The translations under genes were made by a program, and so were the position numbers. A DNA stretch of 64,000 nucleotides from an uncultured Actinomycetota bacterium (GTDB taxonomy: Bacteria; Actinomycetota; Actinomycetes; JAHEKZ01), in the NCBI GenBank assembly GCA_963829525.1, contig CAWHIJ010000003.1:2327833-2391832 (forward strand). Direction: 5' to 3'. The notes under the pieces are model-generated. The model did not search any database. It saw nothing but the letters and a program-made list of their open reading frames with translations, and was not told where the DNA came from. This document shows positions 1 through 9,656 of this stretch, in pieces; the stretch's first letter is position 1, and each line of letters starts with the position of its first letter.

Positions 1-197
1 TGCCCGCCTTGAGGTCGGGCCGGTAGTGGATTCTGCCGACCCGAGCGGGCCAGTCACTGACTCGCGAACCAGTCTGCCAGACGCATTGGATCCAATCGTC
101 TCCAGGGCGGCAGTGGAACAGCGAGTCCCATCAGGTTCGGGTATTTCGGCGGGCGCCAACGAACCGGACAAGCCCTCGCCTACGCTCGCACCCATGA

Positions 198-1700
198 ATG
201 CCCGACTGCGACGCAGTTATCGACCTCTCGGTGGCTGAGGCGCGCGAGGGAACCGGACGCCACGAGTTCGATGGCCAGATCCAGGACCTGTCACCAGCAG
301 GTGTTGACAGCGCCCTTGCCCGACTCGGGGGACCGCCGCTACCGGACCCGCACGACGAGGCACACCTCCTGGCGTTCGAGAACTCAGCTCGCGTCAACTT
401 TGGTGCCCTCCAGATGCACCGGCGCAATCCGCTCATCCATCTGGAGAACCTCGAGCTCGCCTGCTACGACCGCGCCTACGCTCCTGACGCGGAGCGCGAC
501 GCCGCTCGCTCCCGCCACCTGGCCCAGTGGCCGGAGGCCGTCGACATGGCGATCGAGTCGCTCGACCGGGTGCCTGCTCCCGTCGCCCAAGCGTTGCTCC
601 CCGCGGTGACCGGGCTCGCGGACGGTCTTCCGCCTGCCGACCCTGGCATCGATGCCGCCGTCGCGGCACATCGACGCCTCGTCGAGCACCTTCTGGGTTT
701 GGCAGCCAACGGCACACCCGAGACCGCACTGGGTAGAGCATCGCTCGAGGAGCTCATGGGGGCTGAGGAGGCCGTTGCCAGTGTCGAGTTGACCTCGCTG
801 GCCGAAAGAGCCATGCGCGAACGCGACCGCCTGCGCGTGATGATAGCCGAAGGATGCCGGCAACTTGTGCCCCGAGAGCCCGTCGAGCAGACGGTAGCCG
901 CGCTTCTGGCTGACCACCCCTCCGCCGCCGATGTCGTCGCAACCGCAGCTGGCGTCAGCGATGAGACGATCGCCTTCTGTCGCGAGCGCGAGTTCCTCAC
1001 CCACCTCGACGGCGAGTGCCGCGTTGGCGTGGCACCGCCATCGCGAAGGTGGGCAACGGCGATGCTCTCGTGGTCTGGGCCATACGAGACCGATGGCCCC
1101 TCGCACTACGACATCACACCGCCGGATCCGAGCTGGCCAGAGTCGGAGCAGGCTGAGTGGCTCACCATGTTCAGCGAGACTGCCCTAGCCGCGGTCACCG
1201 CACACGAGGTGGCACCTGGCCACTTCGCGCACGGTCGAGCGATGCGACATGCGGCAGGCGATGTGCGGCGATCGCTCATCGGAGCCGGCTTTGCCGAAGG
1301 GTGGGCACACTACGGCGAAGAGCTCATGCTCGAAGAGGGCTTCCGCTCCGACGACCCGCGCTTCCAGGTCGGCGTCGCTCTGGAAGCTCTTGTTCGCTTG
1401 ACGCGGTTGTCGTGCGCCATTGGACTGCACACCGGAGCGATGGACGTGGGGGACGCCACCGCGGCCTTCGTCAATGACGCCTTCATGCCAGAGGCGACGG
1501 CTCGAGCTGAGGCACGTAGGGGCACGTTCGATCCGACATACGGGGTCTACACGTGGGGGAAGTGGATGATTCTCGATGCAAGGGACGACGCCCGGCGCCG
1601 ATGGGGAAGCGACTTCACGCTGCGACGGTTCCATGACGCTCTCATGCAGCTCGGCTCACCACCGCTCGGGCTGATGGGTGAAGCCGTCAGATCCGGCTGA
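198..1700 (+). CDS. DUF885 family protein (putative metallopeptidase-like, HEVAPGH motif)
   Basis: 500-aa ORF; motif TAHEVAPGHFAHG...AEGWAHYGEE typical of DUF885 proteins; the N-terminus may be incomplete or upstream of the window. Confidence 0.55.
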   Translation: MPDCDAVIDLSVAEAREGTGRHEFDGQIQDLSPAGVDSALARLGGPPLPDPHDEAHLLAFENSARVNFGALQMHRRNPLIHLENLELACYDRAYAPDAERDAARSRHLAQWPEAVDMAIESLDRVPAPVAQALLPAVTGLADGLPPADPGIDAAVAAHRRLVEHLLGLAANGTPETALGRASLEELMGAEEAVASVELTSLAERAMRERDRLRVMIAEGCRQLVPREPVEQTVAALLADHPSAADVVATAAGVSDETIAFCREREFLTHLDGECRVGVAPPSRRWATAMLSWSGPYETDGPSHYDITPPDPSWPESEQAEWLTMFSETALAAVTAHEVAPGHFAHGRAMRHAAGDVRRSLIGAGFAEGWAHYGEELMLEEGFRSDDPRFQVGVALEALVRLTRLSCAIGLHTGAMDVGDATAAFVNDAFMPEATARAEARRGTFDPTYGVYTWGKWMILDARDDARRRWGSDFTLRRFHDALMQLGSPPLGLMGEAVRSG

Positions 1701-1702
1701 GC

Positions 1703-2497
1703 CTAGATCTGCGGCCACATGTTGGAGGCGCCGGGAATGCAGCCCAAAGACCTGCCCACCAGGTGGAGGCCGGTGCGGTCGCCGTCCTTGTACCTGCTGG
1801 ATCCACGGTCGAGCATCGTCGGGTACATGATCTCGCTGGTGGTCCCGACGTGACTGAGCCCAACCGCGTGGCCGATCTCGTGCAGTAACAGGGCGCCACG
1901 CGTCACGCCTGGTCCGAACCCGGCTTTGTACAAGCTGTTGTGCCCCGAGTTGATCACGACGAACCCGCGACCAATCGCCCCCTGCGAGTGACCGGCGGCG
2001 TCGGTCCACGTCCTCAACATCCAGCCGCCGACTCCGGATGGGTAACTACCTCCGCTGCTCGTCATCAGGTTGGACTGGTACTTGGCGCGAGACTGGTCGA
2101 CCCAGGCGACCACAATCTCAGCCGACTTCAGTCGGGTTGACCATGAGTCCACCTTGCCGTTCCGCGGGATTTCGTCAGTGCGCCCTGCGAACTTAAAGGG
2201 GATGCCCGTGCGGTTGGACACGCGCTGGAAGGCAGTTCGAGCATCTGCAACGGCCGCGTCGCGAGCTGACGCGGTTTGCCCGGCAAGCTGGGCGTTGACC
2301 GCGTAAGTCACCTCTGCCTGGCAGGGATTCCATCGGATCCGATGGTTTTTGCCATCGGATCCGGTCCAGTTGCCGACCTTGAAGTCATCACCAGAAGCAT
2401 CAGCTGCATTGTTGGCGGTGATGGGCGCAGATAGACCGATGGTGATGGCAGTTGCCATCACCATCAAGGCAATCGGTCGCAACGCGCGCGAAACCAT
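1703..2497 (-). CDS. secreted zinc metalloprotease, metzincin type (snapalysin/matrixin-like)
   Basis: N-terminal signal peptide (MVSRALRPIALMVMATAITIGLSAP); extended zinc-binding motif HEIGHAVGLSH followed by a Met-turn (EIMYP). Confidence 0.7.
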   Translation of the reverse strand: MVSRALRPIALMVMATAITIGLSAPITANNAADASGDDFKVGNWTGSDGKNHRIRWNPCQAEVTYAVNAQLAGQTASARDAAVADARTAFQRVSNRTGIPFKFAGRTDEIPRNGKVDSWSTRLKSAEIVVAWVDQSRAKYQSNLMTSSGGSYPSGVGGWMLRTWTDAAGHSQGAIGRGFVVINSGHNSLYKAGFGPGVTRGALLLHEIGHAVGLSHVGTTSEIMYPTMLDRGSSRYKDGDRTGLHLVGRSLGCIPGASNMWPQI

Positions 2498-2625
2498 CAG
2501 CGTCCTCCTCGACGAAACCTGTATTCCGGTCTTCGGCGGGGAGGGTGGGGTCGCTGACTACTCCGCACGGGGGACGAAGAGGTCCAAATGGGTGAATCGT
2601 CGGTCGGGCAGCGATGTTCGGAGCG

Positions 2626-3606
2626 CTAGAACAGGGCGTTCGCCAGCGCTCGACGGGCGCTGAGTACGCGTGGGTCTTCGTTACCCACCAGGTCAAGCAG
2701 CTCGAGCAGGTGATCCTTGGCGGCATCGCGCTCGGCGCCACTGGTGCGTCGGACAAGTGCGATGAGCCGGTCGAAGCTCTCAGTCACCTGACCGGCCAGC
2801 AGCTCGAGGTCGGCAGCAACGGTGTTCACCGTGACGTCGTCACTTCCCTCAGCCGAGGTGCACGCCGTCTCGAGGTCCACACCCGCAGTACGCCGAAGGA
2901 GAGTCACGCTTGCAAGTCCCTGCCTGGCCTCCGGGTGGTCGGGCCGATTCACCAAGATCGAGCGATACGCCGCCTCGGCCGCCTCGAGGTCATCACGTGC
3001 CAGAGCCTCATCGGCGGTAAGCAGTTCTGGATCGTCGGAGGCAGCATCGGCCTCCGGTCCACCAGTCGGAGCTGCCCCGGCAAGCGCCACAACCTGGTCA
3101 AGGAAGTCGCGCACCTGAGCCTCCGGAAGCGCTCCGGTGAAGCCCGGAATCACCTGGCCCTGCCACACCACGAGCGTCGTCGGGATGCTTTGCACCTGCG
3201 CTGCGGCCGAGAGCTGGGGGTTGGCGTCGACGTCCACCTTGGCGAGTACCCACGCACCCGCATCGTCTGCGGCCAGTCGCTCAAGAATGGGGGACAACTG
3301 CTTACACGGGCCGCACCACTCAGCCCAGAAGTCGATGACGACCGGGACCGACATCGACCGCTCGAGCACTTCAGTCTGAAATGTTGCGTCGGTGACATCG
3401 ACAACCGACATGGAAGCCTCAGCCTTCGGGCCATCGGGTCCAGCCACCCGCTGCGCCCGGGCCGCCTCGGCTTTCTCGCGAGCCTGACGCTGCTGAGCGA
3501 GAGCGGCGAGATCGATGGCCCCATAGGGGTTGAAGCCAGCCGCGGCGCGAGGGGCGGGGGGTACAGAGGGCACAGGCGGCACAGTCATGGCCCCATTCTG
3601 TCGCAC
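2626..3606 (-). CDS. thioredoxin-domain protein with C-terminal TPR-like region (YbbN/CnoX-like)
   Basis: WCGPC thioredoxin active-site motif (VIDFWAEWCGPCKQL); helical Ala/Leu-rich C-terminal half; start codon uncertain. Confidence 0.7.
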   Translation of the reverse strand: MRQNGAMTVPPVPSVPPAPRAAAGFNPYGAIDLAALAQQRQAREKAEAARAQRVAGPDGPKAEASMSVVDVTDATFQTEVLERSMSVPVVIDFWAEWCGPCKQLSPILERLAADDAGAWVLAKVDVDANPQLSAAAQVQSIPTTLVVWQGQVIPGFTGALPEAQVRDFLDQVVALAGAAPTGGPEADAASDDPELLTADEALARDDLEAAEAAYRSILVNRPDHPEARQGLASVTLLRRTAGVDLETACTSAEGSDDVTVNTVAADLELLAGQVTESFDRLIALVRRTSGAERDAAKDHLLELLDLVGNEDPRVLSARRALANALF

Positions 3607-3609
3607 CGC

Positions 3610-5298
3610 TCAGAAGTCGGGAGGCTCGGTGTACCCACCGAAGACTTCGCGCAGACTCGCACAGAGCTCTCCCACCGTGGCCTCCACGCGAACAGCGTCC
3701 AACATGGGTTCGACCACGTTGGTGTTGCTTCTTGCGGCATCTGCGAGATTGCGCAGACGCTCTTGCACGACGCGTTCGTCCCTCGCTGATCGTCTGCTTC
3801 GAAGGCGCTCGACCTGGTCGGTCTCCACCTCGCCAGGGATCTGCAGAACCTCCAGCGGCTCAGCCACCGAGTCGGTGTGGGCATTGACACCTACCACGCG
3901 ACGCTCACCGCTCTCGATGCTGCGTTGGTACCCGTCCGCAGCGTCAGCGATCCCGCGGGTGAACCAACCCGACTCGATGCCGGCAATGATCCCCCGGGTC
4001 ATCGACCCGTTGTCCCCGAGCCCCTCAATTTGGGCAAGGAGTGACTCGACCTCAGCCTCGACCCGATCGGTGGACGCCTCCACGAACCATGAGCCGCCCA
4101 GCGGGTCGATCACGGAAGCGACGCCGGTCTCCTCCAGCAAGACGTGCTGCGTCCGCAAGGCCACCTCGGCCGTCGCCTCAGTCGGGAGACCCAAGACCTC
4201 GTCGTGGGCGTTGGTGTGCAGAGAGTTGGTTCCACCGAGAACTGCGGCGAGCGCTTCGACCGCCGTGCGCACGACGTTGTTCTCCGGTTGCTGCGCGGTG
4301 AGCGAGACCCCGGCAGTCTGAGCATGGAAGCGCAGCCACTGTGCACGCTCGGTGGTGGCACCGTAGCGGTCGCGCATCCACCTGGCCCAGATCCTGCGGC
4401 CCGCACGAAACTTGGCGATCTCCTCGAAGAAATCGATGTGCGCGTCGAAGAAGAAGCTGAGGCGAGCGGCACAGTCGTCCACCGACAGGCCGCGGGCCAG
4501 TCCAAGCTCGACGTAGCCGAACCCATCGGCAAGCGTGAAGGCGAGCTCTTGGGCGGCGGTCGCCCCCGCCTCCCGTATGTGGTACCCGCTGATGCTGATC
4601 GGGTGGTAGCGCGGCATGTGCTGCTGCGTCCACTCGAGCAGGTCGCCGATGAGGCGCAGGTGTGGTGCAGGCGGGAAGATCCACTCCTTCTGGGCGATGT
4701 ACTCCTTGAAGATGTCGGTCTGCAGAGTTCCGCCGAGTGCAGATGGCGAGATCCCCGCGCGCTCTGCTGCGACGACGTAGATGCAGAAGAGCGGAAGGGC
4801 CGGTCCACTGATCGTCATCGACGTCGTCACCGACTCGAGCGGGATATCGCGCAGCAGTCGTTCCATGTCTTGTGCCGAGTCGATGGCCACACCACAGTGC
4901 CCGACCTCGCCAGCGGCCCTCGGGTCATCGGAGTCCAGGCCCATGAGCGTCGGCAGGTCGAAGGCGACGCTGATGCCGTCACCTCCGCTGGCCAGTAGCC
5001 GGTGAAAGCGGGTATTAGTGTCCGCTGCCGTTCCAAATCCGGCGAACTGCCGCACCGTCCAGGGCTTACCCAGGTAGCCAGTCGTGTAGATGCCGCGGGT
5101 GAACGGGTACTCCCCTGGCCAGCCGATGCGCTCGAAGCCAGGGGTGCCATCGGCGCCGAGGTCGTCTGGGCCATAGACCGGCTTGAGCGGGGAGCCGGAG
5201 AGCGTCGACCGGCCAGCTGCATCGGCCGAGGACCCAAGTTGCTTGGCCCAGCGATCCGCAAACCGCGCACGACCACGAGTGAGGTCGTCAGACTCCAT
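3610..5298 (-). CDS. icmA: acyl-CoA mutase large (catalytic) subunit without B12-binding domain, isobutyryl-CoA mutase IcmA-like
   Basis: 562 aa from ATG at 5298 with RBS gagaggag; methylmalonyl-CoA mutase TIM-barrel family blocks (FERIGWPGEYPFTRG, RQFAGFGTA, DSDDPRAAGEVGHCGVAIDS, ISGYHIREAGATAAQELAFTLADG); FAGFG instead of YAGFS is IcmA-like; no C-terminal Rossmann B12 domain. Confidence 0.8.
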   Translation of the reverse strand: MESDDLTRGRARFADRWAKQLGSSADAAGRSTLSGSPLKPVYGPDDLGADGTPGFERIGWPGEYPFTRGIYTTGYLGKPWTVRQFAGFGTAADTNTRFHRLLASGGDGISVAFDLPTLMGLDSDDPRAAGEVGHCGVAIDSAQDMERLLRDIPLESVTTSMTISGPALPLFCIYVVAAERAGISPSALGGTLQTDIFKEYIAQKEWIFPPAPHLRLIGDLLEWTQQHMPRYHPISISGYHIREAGATAAQELAFTLADGFGYVELGLARGLSVDDCAARLSFFFDAHIDFFEEIAKFRAGRRIWARWMRDRYGATTERAQWLRFHAQTAGVSLTAQQPENNVVRTAVEALAAVLGGTNSLHTNAHDEVLGLPTEATAEVALRTQHVLLEETGVASVIDPLGGSWFVEASTDRVEAEVESLLAQIEGLGDNGSMTRGIIAGIESGWFTRGIADAADGYQRSIESGERRVVGVNAHTDSVAEPLEVLQIPGEVETDQVERLRSRRSARDERVVQERLRNLADAARSNTNVVEPMLDAVRVEATVGELCASLREVFGGYTEPPDF

Positions 5299-5400
5299 CG
5301 CGCTCCTCTCGTGTCGAGGCCGCTCGGTGGCCAAACGTGTGGCAATCCGGCGTCCCCAGGCTATCGGTCGTACGGCACGCCCAGCCCGACTGGACAATCC

Positions 5401-5442
5401 TTCCCTACATTGTCTATCGTATCGATCGGCAATGTAGGAAAT
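5401..5442. promoter_or_regulatory. 12-bp imperfect inverted repeat (TTCCCTACATTG-N18-CAATGTAGGAAA) in the divergent icmA / ABC-transporter intergenic region
   Basis: read directly: 11/12 complementary arms flanking an 18-nt spacer containing the ATCGAT/CGATCG sub-palindromes, about 17 nt upstream of the transporter start codon. Confidence 0.3.
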
Positions 5443-5458
5443 ATCGAGAGGAATCGTT

Positions 5459-6572
5459 GATGCTTGGGATCAGGACCCGAACTCGCACCGCCCGATTGGC
5501 CGTCGGTATCGGCGCCATCGTCGCTGCAGTGACCATGACTGCATGCTCGAGTGACAGCGGGGGCGATACGAACGCATCTGACAGCGCATCTCCCGGTGCT
5601 GCCGAGCCCATCACCACGCTCCGTCTGGGGTACTTCCCCAACTTCACCCACGCGCCCGCTCTGATCGGTGTCCAAGAAGGCTTCTTCAAGGACTCCCTGG
5701 CCGAGCAGGACGTCACGGTGACTCCGACGATCTTCAACGCCGGCCCCGACGCCGTCACCGCGCTGCTGAGTAACTCGCTCGACATCGCCTACATCGGCCC
5801 CAACCCCACGGTGGCCGCTTACGTGCAGTCGCAAGGTGACGCGGTGCGCGTCATCGCTGGGGCTGCGTCGGGTGGAGCCGCCCTGGTCGTCAACAAAGAC
5901 ATCACGTCACCGGCCGACCTCAGCGGCAAGACCCTCGCCACCCCACAGCTCGGCAACACCCAGGACGTCGCTCTCCGCTACTGGCTGAAGCAGAATGACC
6001 TGGCCTCCAGCGAGGAAGGCGGCGACGTCACCATCGCGCCGCAGTCGAACTCCGAGGGCCTCACCGCCTTCGCCTCCGGGCAGATCGACGGCGCTTGGGT
6101 GCCAGAACCCTTCGTCTCGCAGTACGTCGCCGCAGGCGCAACGGTGCTGGTGAACGAGAAGGAGCTGTGGCCGAAGGGCCAGTTCGTCACGACCAACGTC
6201 ATCGTGCGCACCCAGTTCCTCGAGCAGTACCCGGACGTGGTCGACGCCTTCCTGGCCGCCCATGTGCAGGCGCTCGAGCTGATCAAGAAGGATCCCGAGA
6301 CTGCCAAGCAGGACGTCAACACCGCCCTCCAGGCGCTGACCGGGTCTCCCCTGGACACCAACATCCTCAACTCGGCGTGGAGCCAGGTCGAGTTCACCGC
6401 CGACCCGCTCAAGGCCACCCTGGTCGAGAGTGCGGCCCACGCGGTCGACGTCGGCCTCCTCGAGCAGAGCGCCATCGACGAGGCGGGCGGCAACTTCGAC
6501 GGCCTCTACGACCTCGACCCGCTCAACGCCGCGCTCAAGAAGGCCGGACTGGACCAGGTGTCGACCTCATGA
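5459..6572 (+). CDS. ABC transporter substrate-binding lipoprotein, NitT/TauT family (aliphatic sulfonate/taurine-type)
   Basis: ATG at 5459 preceded by gagga; signal peptide plus lipobox (AVTMTAC-SSDSGG); SsuA/TauA-like blocks (TLRLGYFPNFTHAPALIG); the longer ORF-track start at 5337 is upstream of the RBS. Confidence 0.75.
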
Positions 6573-7360
6573 GTGAGTCCCTCACTGCTGCGAGAGGGTC
6601 CCAGGTCCCTGGGGCCCTCTCGCCGACCCTTCGGGTGAAGGGTGTGAACAAGGTCTTCGGCCAGAACAACACCCGCACGGTCGCCCTGCAGGATGTCAAC
6701 CTCGACGTCTACCCCGGTGAGTTCGTGACCGTCGTCGGCGCTTCCGGCTGCGGCAAGAGCACGCTGCTCAACCTCGTGGCGGGTCTCGAGAAGCCGACCT
6801 CCGGCGAGCTCGAGGTGGGCGGACGTGTCGCCTTCATGTTTCAGGAGGCCACGTTGCTGCCATGGCTGACCGCGAAGAAGAACGTAGAACTCGCGCTGCG
6901 GCTGCACGGCGTCCCCAGGTCAGAGCGAGGCGATCGGGCACAAGAACTGCTCGAAACCGTTCGACTCGGTGACAAGGCCGATAAGCGTCCGCATGAGCTC
7001 TCCGGTGGGATGCGGCAGCGCGTCGCACTTGCCCGAGTTCTCGCGCAGGAGACCCGGATCGTGCTGATGGACGAGCCGCTCGGGGCACTCGATGCCATGA
7101 CTCGCGACCACATGCACGACGAGATCGAGCGGGTCTGGGAGAAGCACAAGTTCTGCGTGCTCTTCGTCACCCACAACATGCGCGAGGCCGTTCGTTTGGC
7201 CGATCGGGTGGTGCTCATGAGCAGCTCACCCGGTCGCGTCAAGTTGGACGAACGCATCACCATCCCGCGCCCGCGCCGGATCGACTCCGCCGAGGTGGCC
7301 CAACTCGCTGGCGAGCTCACCGAGGCGCTCAGAGAGGAAGTGGCAGCGCATGTCGCTTGA
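6569..7360 (+). CDS. ABC transporter ATP-binding protein (SsuB/TauB-like)
   Basis: Walker A GASGCGKST, signature LSGGMRQRVALARVL, Walker B IVLMDEP; ATGA start/stop overlap with the upstream binding-protein gene; the ORF-track extension to 6095 lies in the alternate frame of the preceding gene. Confidence 0.85.
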   Translation: MSESLTAARGSQVPGALSPTLRVKGVNKVFGQNNTRTVALQDVNLDVYPGEFVTVVGASGCGKSTLLNLVAGLEKPTSGELEVGGRVAFMFQEATLLPWLTAKKNVELALRLHGVPRSERGDRAQELLETVRLGDKADKRPHELSGGMRQRVALARVLAQETRIVLMDEPLGALDAMTRDHMHDEIERVWEKHKFCVLFVTHNMREAVRLADRVVLMSSSPGRVKLDERITIPRPRRIDSAEVAQLAGELTEALREEVAAHVA

Positions 7361-8216
7361 TGTCGCAGAACGTCCGGCCACGGGAGAGTCCGGACGTGAA
7401 AGCATGATCCCTCACCGACCTTCACCACTAGCCGCTGTCAGTCGCATCTGGTCGTGGACCTGGCCGAAGCTGATCGCGCTCGGCATCGTCCTTGGCGTCT
7501 GGGAGTTCCTGGTTCGGCTTGGCTGGAGAGCGGATTACATCTTCCCGCCGCCCACAACGGTGTTTCAGACTCTCGGCGACCTCATGGGCACCGAGCGCTT
7601 CTGGGACAGCGTCTCCACCACGATCCAGCGGGCGGCCATCGGTTACCTCTCAGCCCTCGTGATTGGTTCACTGATCGGCATCGCCGTGTCGCGCATTCGA
7701 ACTCTGCGATTGGGCGTTGGCTCACTGATTACTGGACTGCAGACGATGCCGTCGATCGCGTGGTTCCCGTTCGCCATCATCGTGTTTGGCGTCAACGAGA
7801 CGGCAATCTTCTTCGTCGTCGTCCTTGGGGCTGCACCGAGCATCGCCAACGGCATCATCTCCGGCATCGACCACGTCCCGCCGACCTTCGTCAGGCTCGG
7901 AAAGGTCATGGGAGCGAACAGCTTCACGCTCTATCGCCACATCGTGCTTCCCGCTGCGCTGCCGTCCTACGTTGCCGGGCTCAGCCAGGGATGGGCGTTC
8001 GCGTGGCGGTCGCTGATGGCCGGTGAGCTGCTCGTGTTCGCGGCGACGTCCGGGGCAATCGGCCAGAACCTCCAAGCCGCACGCGAGCTGATCAAGATGG
8101 ATGAGGTGATGGCCTGGATGATCGTCATCTTGGTGATCGGAATGGTCGCTGACACCATCTTCACCTCGATGTCGCGCAGCCTGAGGAGACGCCGTGGCCT
8201 CGCCATCGATGACTAG
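7350..8216 (+). CDS. ABC transporter permease (SsuC/TauC-like, BPD_transp_1)
   Basis: six predicted TM segments, translationally coupled (11-nt overlap) to the ATPase gene. Confidence 0.8.
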   Translation: MSLDVAERPATGESGRESMIPHRPSPLAAVSRIWSWTWPKLIALGIVLGVWEFLVRLGWRADYIFPPPTTVFQTLGDLMGTERFWDSVSTTIQRAAIGYLSALVIGSLIGIAVSRIRTLRLGVGSLITGLQTMPSIAWFPFAIIVFGVNETAIFFVVVLGAAPSIANGIISGIDHVPPTFVRLGKVMGANSFTLYRHIVLPAALPSYVAGLSQGWAFAWRSLMAGELLVFAATSGAIGQNLQAARELIKMDEVMAWMIVILVIGMVADTIFTSMSRSLRRRRGLAIDD

Positions 8217-8379
8217 AACCACGCGCTCGACGCCCACTCAACGCCAACCGGCAAAGACGCCCGCCCGGTCCACGTCCGACCCCGTGGACCGGGCGGGGGG
8301 TCGTCGTAGCCAATCGGCAGGAGCCACCTCAAAGGGGGGCTCCTCGCGCCGACGCCGCCGAAGCGGCAAGAATGGCACC

Positions 8380-8838
8380 ATGCACGTGTCCGCGAAGGTC
8401 GACTACGCCATGAGGGCCCTGCTTGTCATTGCCCGCGAGTCCGGCCAGGACGGAACCCTCATCAAGGGCGAACACCTCGCGGCCCAACAAGACATCCCCG
8501 CCCGGTTCCTCGAAGGGATCCTCCGACAGCTGAGGCAGGCTGGGATCGTAGCGAGCCAGCGAGGTGCTGACGGCGGGTACCGGCTGGCTAGGTCGGCGTC
8601 GGCCATCACGGTCGCTGACGTGGTCCGAGCGCTCGACGGTCCCCTCGCAGACGTGCGCGGAGACCGTCCCGAGAACGCCGACTATGAAGGAGCCGCCGAG
8701 CATCTTCGCGATGTGTGGGTGGCAACGCGAGCTGCGTTGCGAGGCGTGCTCGAGCACGTGACGCTGCAAGACATCGCCAGCGGCCAGCTGCCCGCACCGG
8801 TGACTGACCTGACCACCGACCCCTCGGCCTGGTCGTAG
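8380..8838 (+). CDS. Rrf2 family transcriptional regulator
   Basis: 152 aa from ATG 8380; N-terminal wHTH typical of Rrf2 (KVDYAMRALLVIA...IPARFLEGILRQLRQAGIVASQRGADGGYRLAR). Confidence 0.7.
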   Translation: MHVSAKVDYAMRALLVIARESGQDGTLIKGEHLAAQQDIPARFLEGILRQLRQAGIVASQRGADGGYRLARSASAITVADVVRALDGPLADVRGDRPENADYEGAAEHLRDVWVATRAALRGVLEHVTLQDIASGQLPAPVTDLTTDPSAWS

Positions 8839-8876
8839 CCGGTCATCTGAGGCAGGCCTCACCTAGCACTCAATCC

Positions 8877-9656
8877 ATGTCTCTCACCGAAGGCAGCCTT
8901 GCCTTCCTGCTCGCCATGGGTATCTCAGCGCTGACAGTTCCGGCTGGCGTGTCCGGCGCCGTCTTCCTCCTTCCGGCGCAACTGTCGCTCCTCGGCATGC
9001 CGAGTCCGGCTGTTACGCCCACGAACCTGCTCTACAACGTCATCGCCACACCGGCAGCCATTCTGCGGATGCGCCGCCATGGGCACACCTCGAGCGAGTT
9101 AGTGCGGCCGGTGCTGTACGGGGCCCTGCCCGGTGTCGCAGTTGGTGCGGTCCTTCGTACGACGGTGGCGTCCGGCGCTGGCGTGTTCCGCATGCTGGTG
9201 GGTCTGATGCTCGTCCTTCTCGGCACCCATCTGCTTCGGCGCGCCAGCCACGCCGACAGCCGACGCAGCCGCCACCCTTCGTCGCGAAGTCTGGTTCTCC
9301 TGGGGCTCGCGACGGGAACGATCGGTGGCCTCTACGGGATCGGCGGTGGGTCGATCCTCGCTCCCCTGCTCGCATTCATGGGGTTTGCCCTCGCCGATGT
9401 CGCGGTGGCGGCCCTGACGGTCACCTTCGCCACCTCGGTGGCCGGGGTGCTCGCCTTCACCCTGCTGGCACTGCTCGGTCGAACCGAAGCGGCTCCTGAC
9501 TGGGCCATCGGGACCATCCTCGGTCTCGGTGGGCTCGTCGGGGGCTACCTCGGAGCGATCTGCCAGCCCTACTTGCGAGAAACGACCCTCCGCAAAATGC
9601 TCGGCGGTCTCGCCCTGGCGGTGGGTGCGACCTATCTCGTCGTAGCGCTGACCTAG
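8877..9656 (+). CDS. TauE/SafE (TSUP) family sulfite/organosulfonate exporter-type membrane protein
   Basis: 259 aa, 7-8 TM, glycine-rich signature GGLYGIGGGSILAPLL typical of DUF81/TauE. Confidence 0.7.
   Translation: MSLTEGSLAFLLAMGISALTVPAGVSGAVFLLPAQLSLLGMPSPAVTPTNLLYNVIATPAAILRMRRHGHTSSELVRPVLYGALPGVAVGAVLRTTVASGAGVFRMLVGLMLVLLGTHLLRRASHADSRRSRHPSSRSLVLLGLATGTIGGLYGIGGGSILAPLLAFMGFALADVAVAALTVTFATSVAGVLAFTLLALLGRTEAAPDWAIGTILGLGGLVGGYLGAICQPYLRETTLRKMLGGLALAVGATYLVVALT

Noticed and set aside
1-197. Partial gene at the 5' window edge, and a possible + strand gene start near 63930 at the 3' edge
   Set aside because: No recognisable motifs in the few codons available; not reported as features.
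384-1106. Numerous 60-270-aa ORFs antisense to or overlapping annotated genes (for example 384-1106, 4144-4998, 10933-11751, 17688-18449, 23000-24628, 59096-59926)
   Set aside because: These have the typical high-GC artefact pattern: no stops in several frames, Arg/Pro/Gly/Ser-rich composition, no motifs. Each overlaps a gene with clear homology on the other strand or frame.
6095-6568. Upstream extension of the ABC ATPase ORF to 421 aa
   Set aside because: The extension lies in the alternate frame of the substrate-binding-protein gene and is Arg/Gly/Pro-rich noise. The conserved ATPase begins at ATG 6569, overlapping the upstream stop.
9653-9656. 4-nt overlap of convergent TauE and meaB stop codons on the palindrome CTAG
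   Set aside because: Real but trivial; convergent stop-codon sharing on CTAG is common and has no specific regulatory implication.
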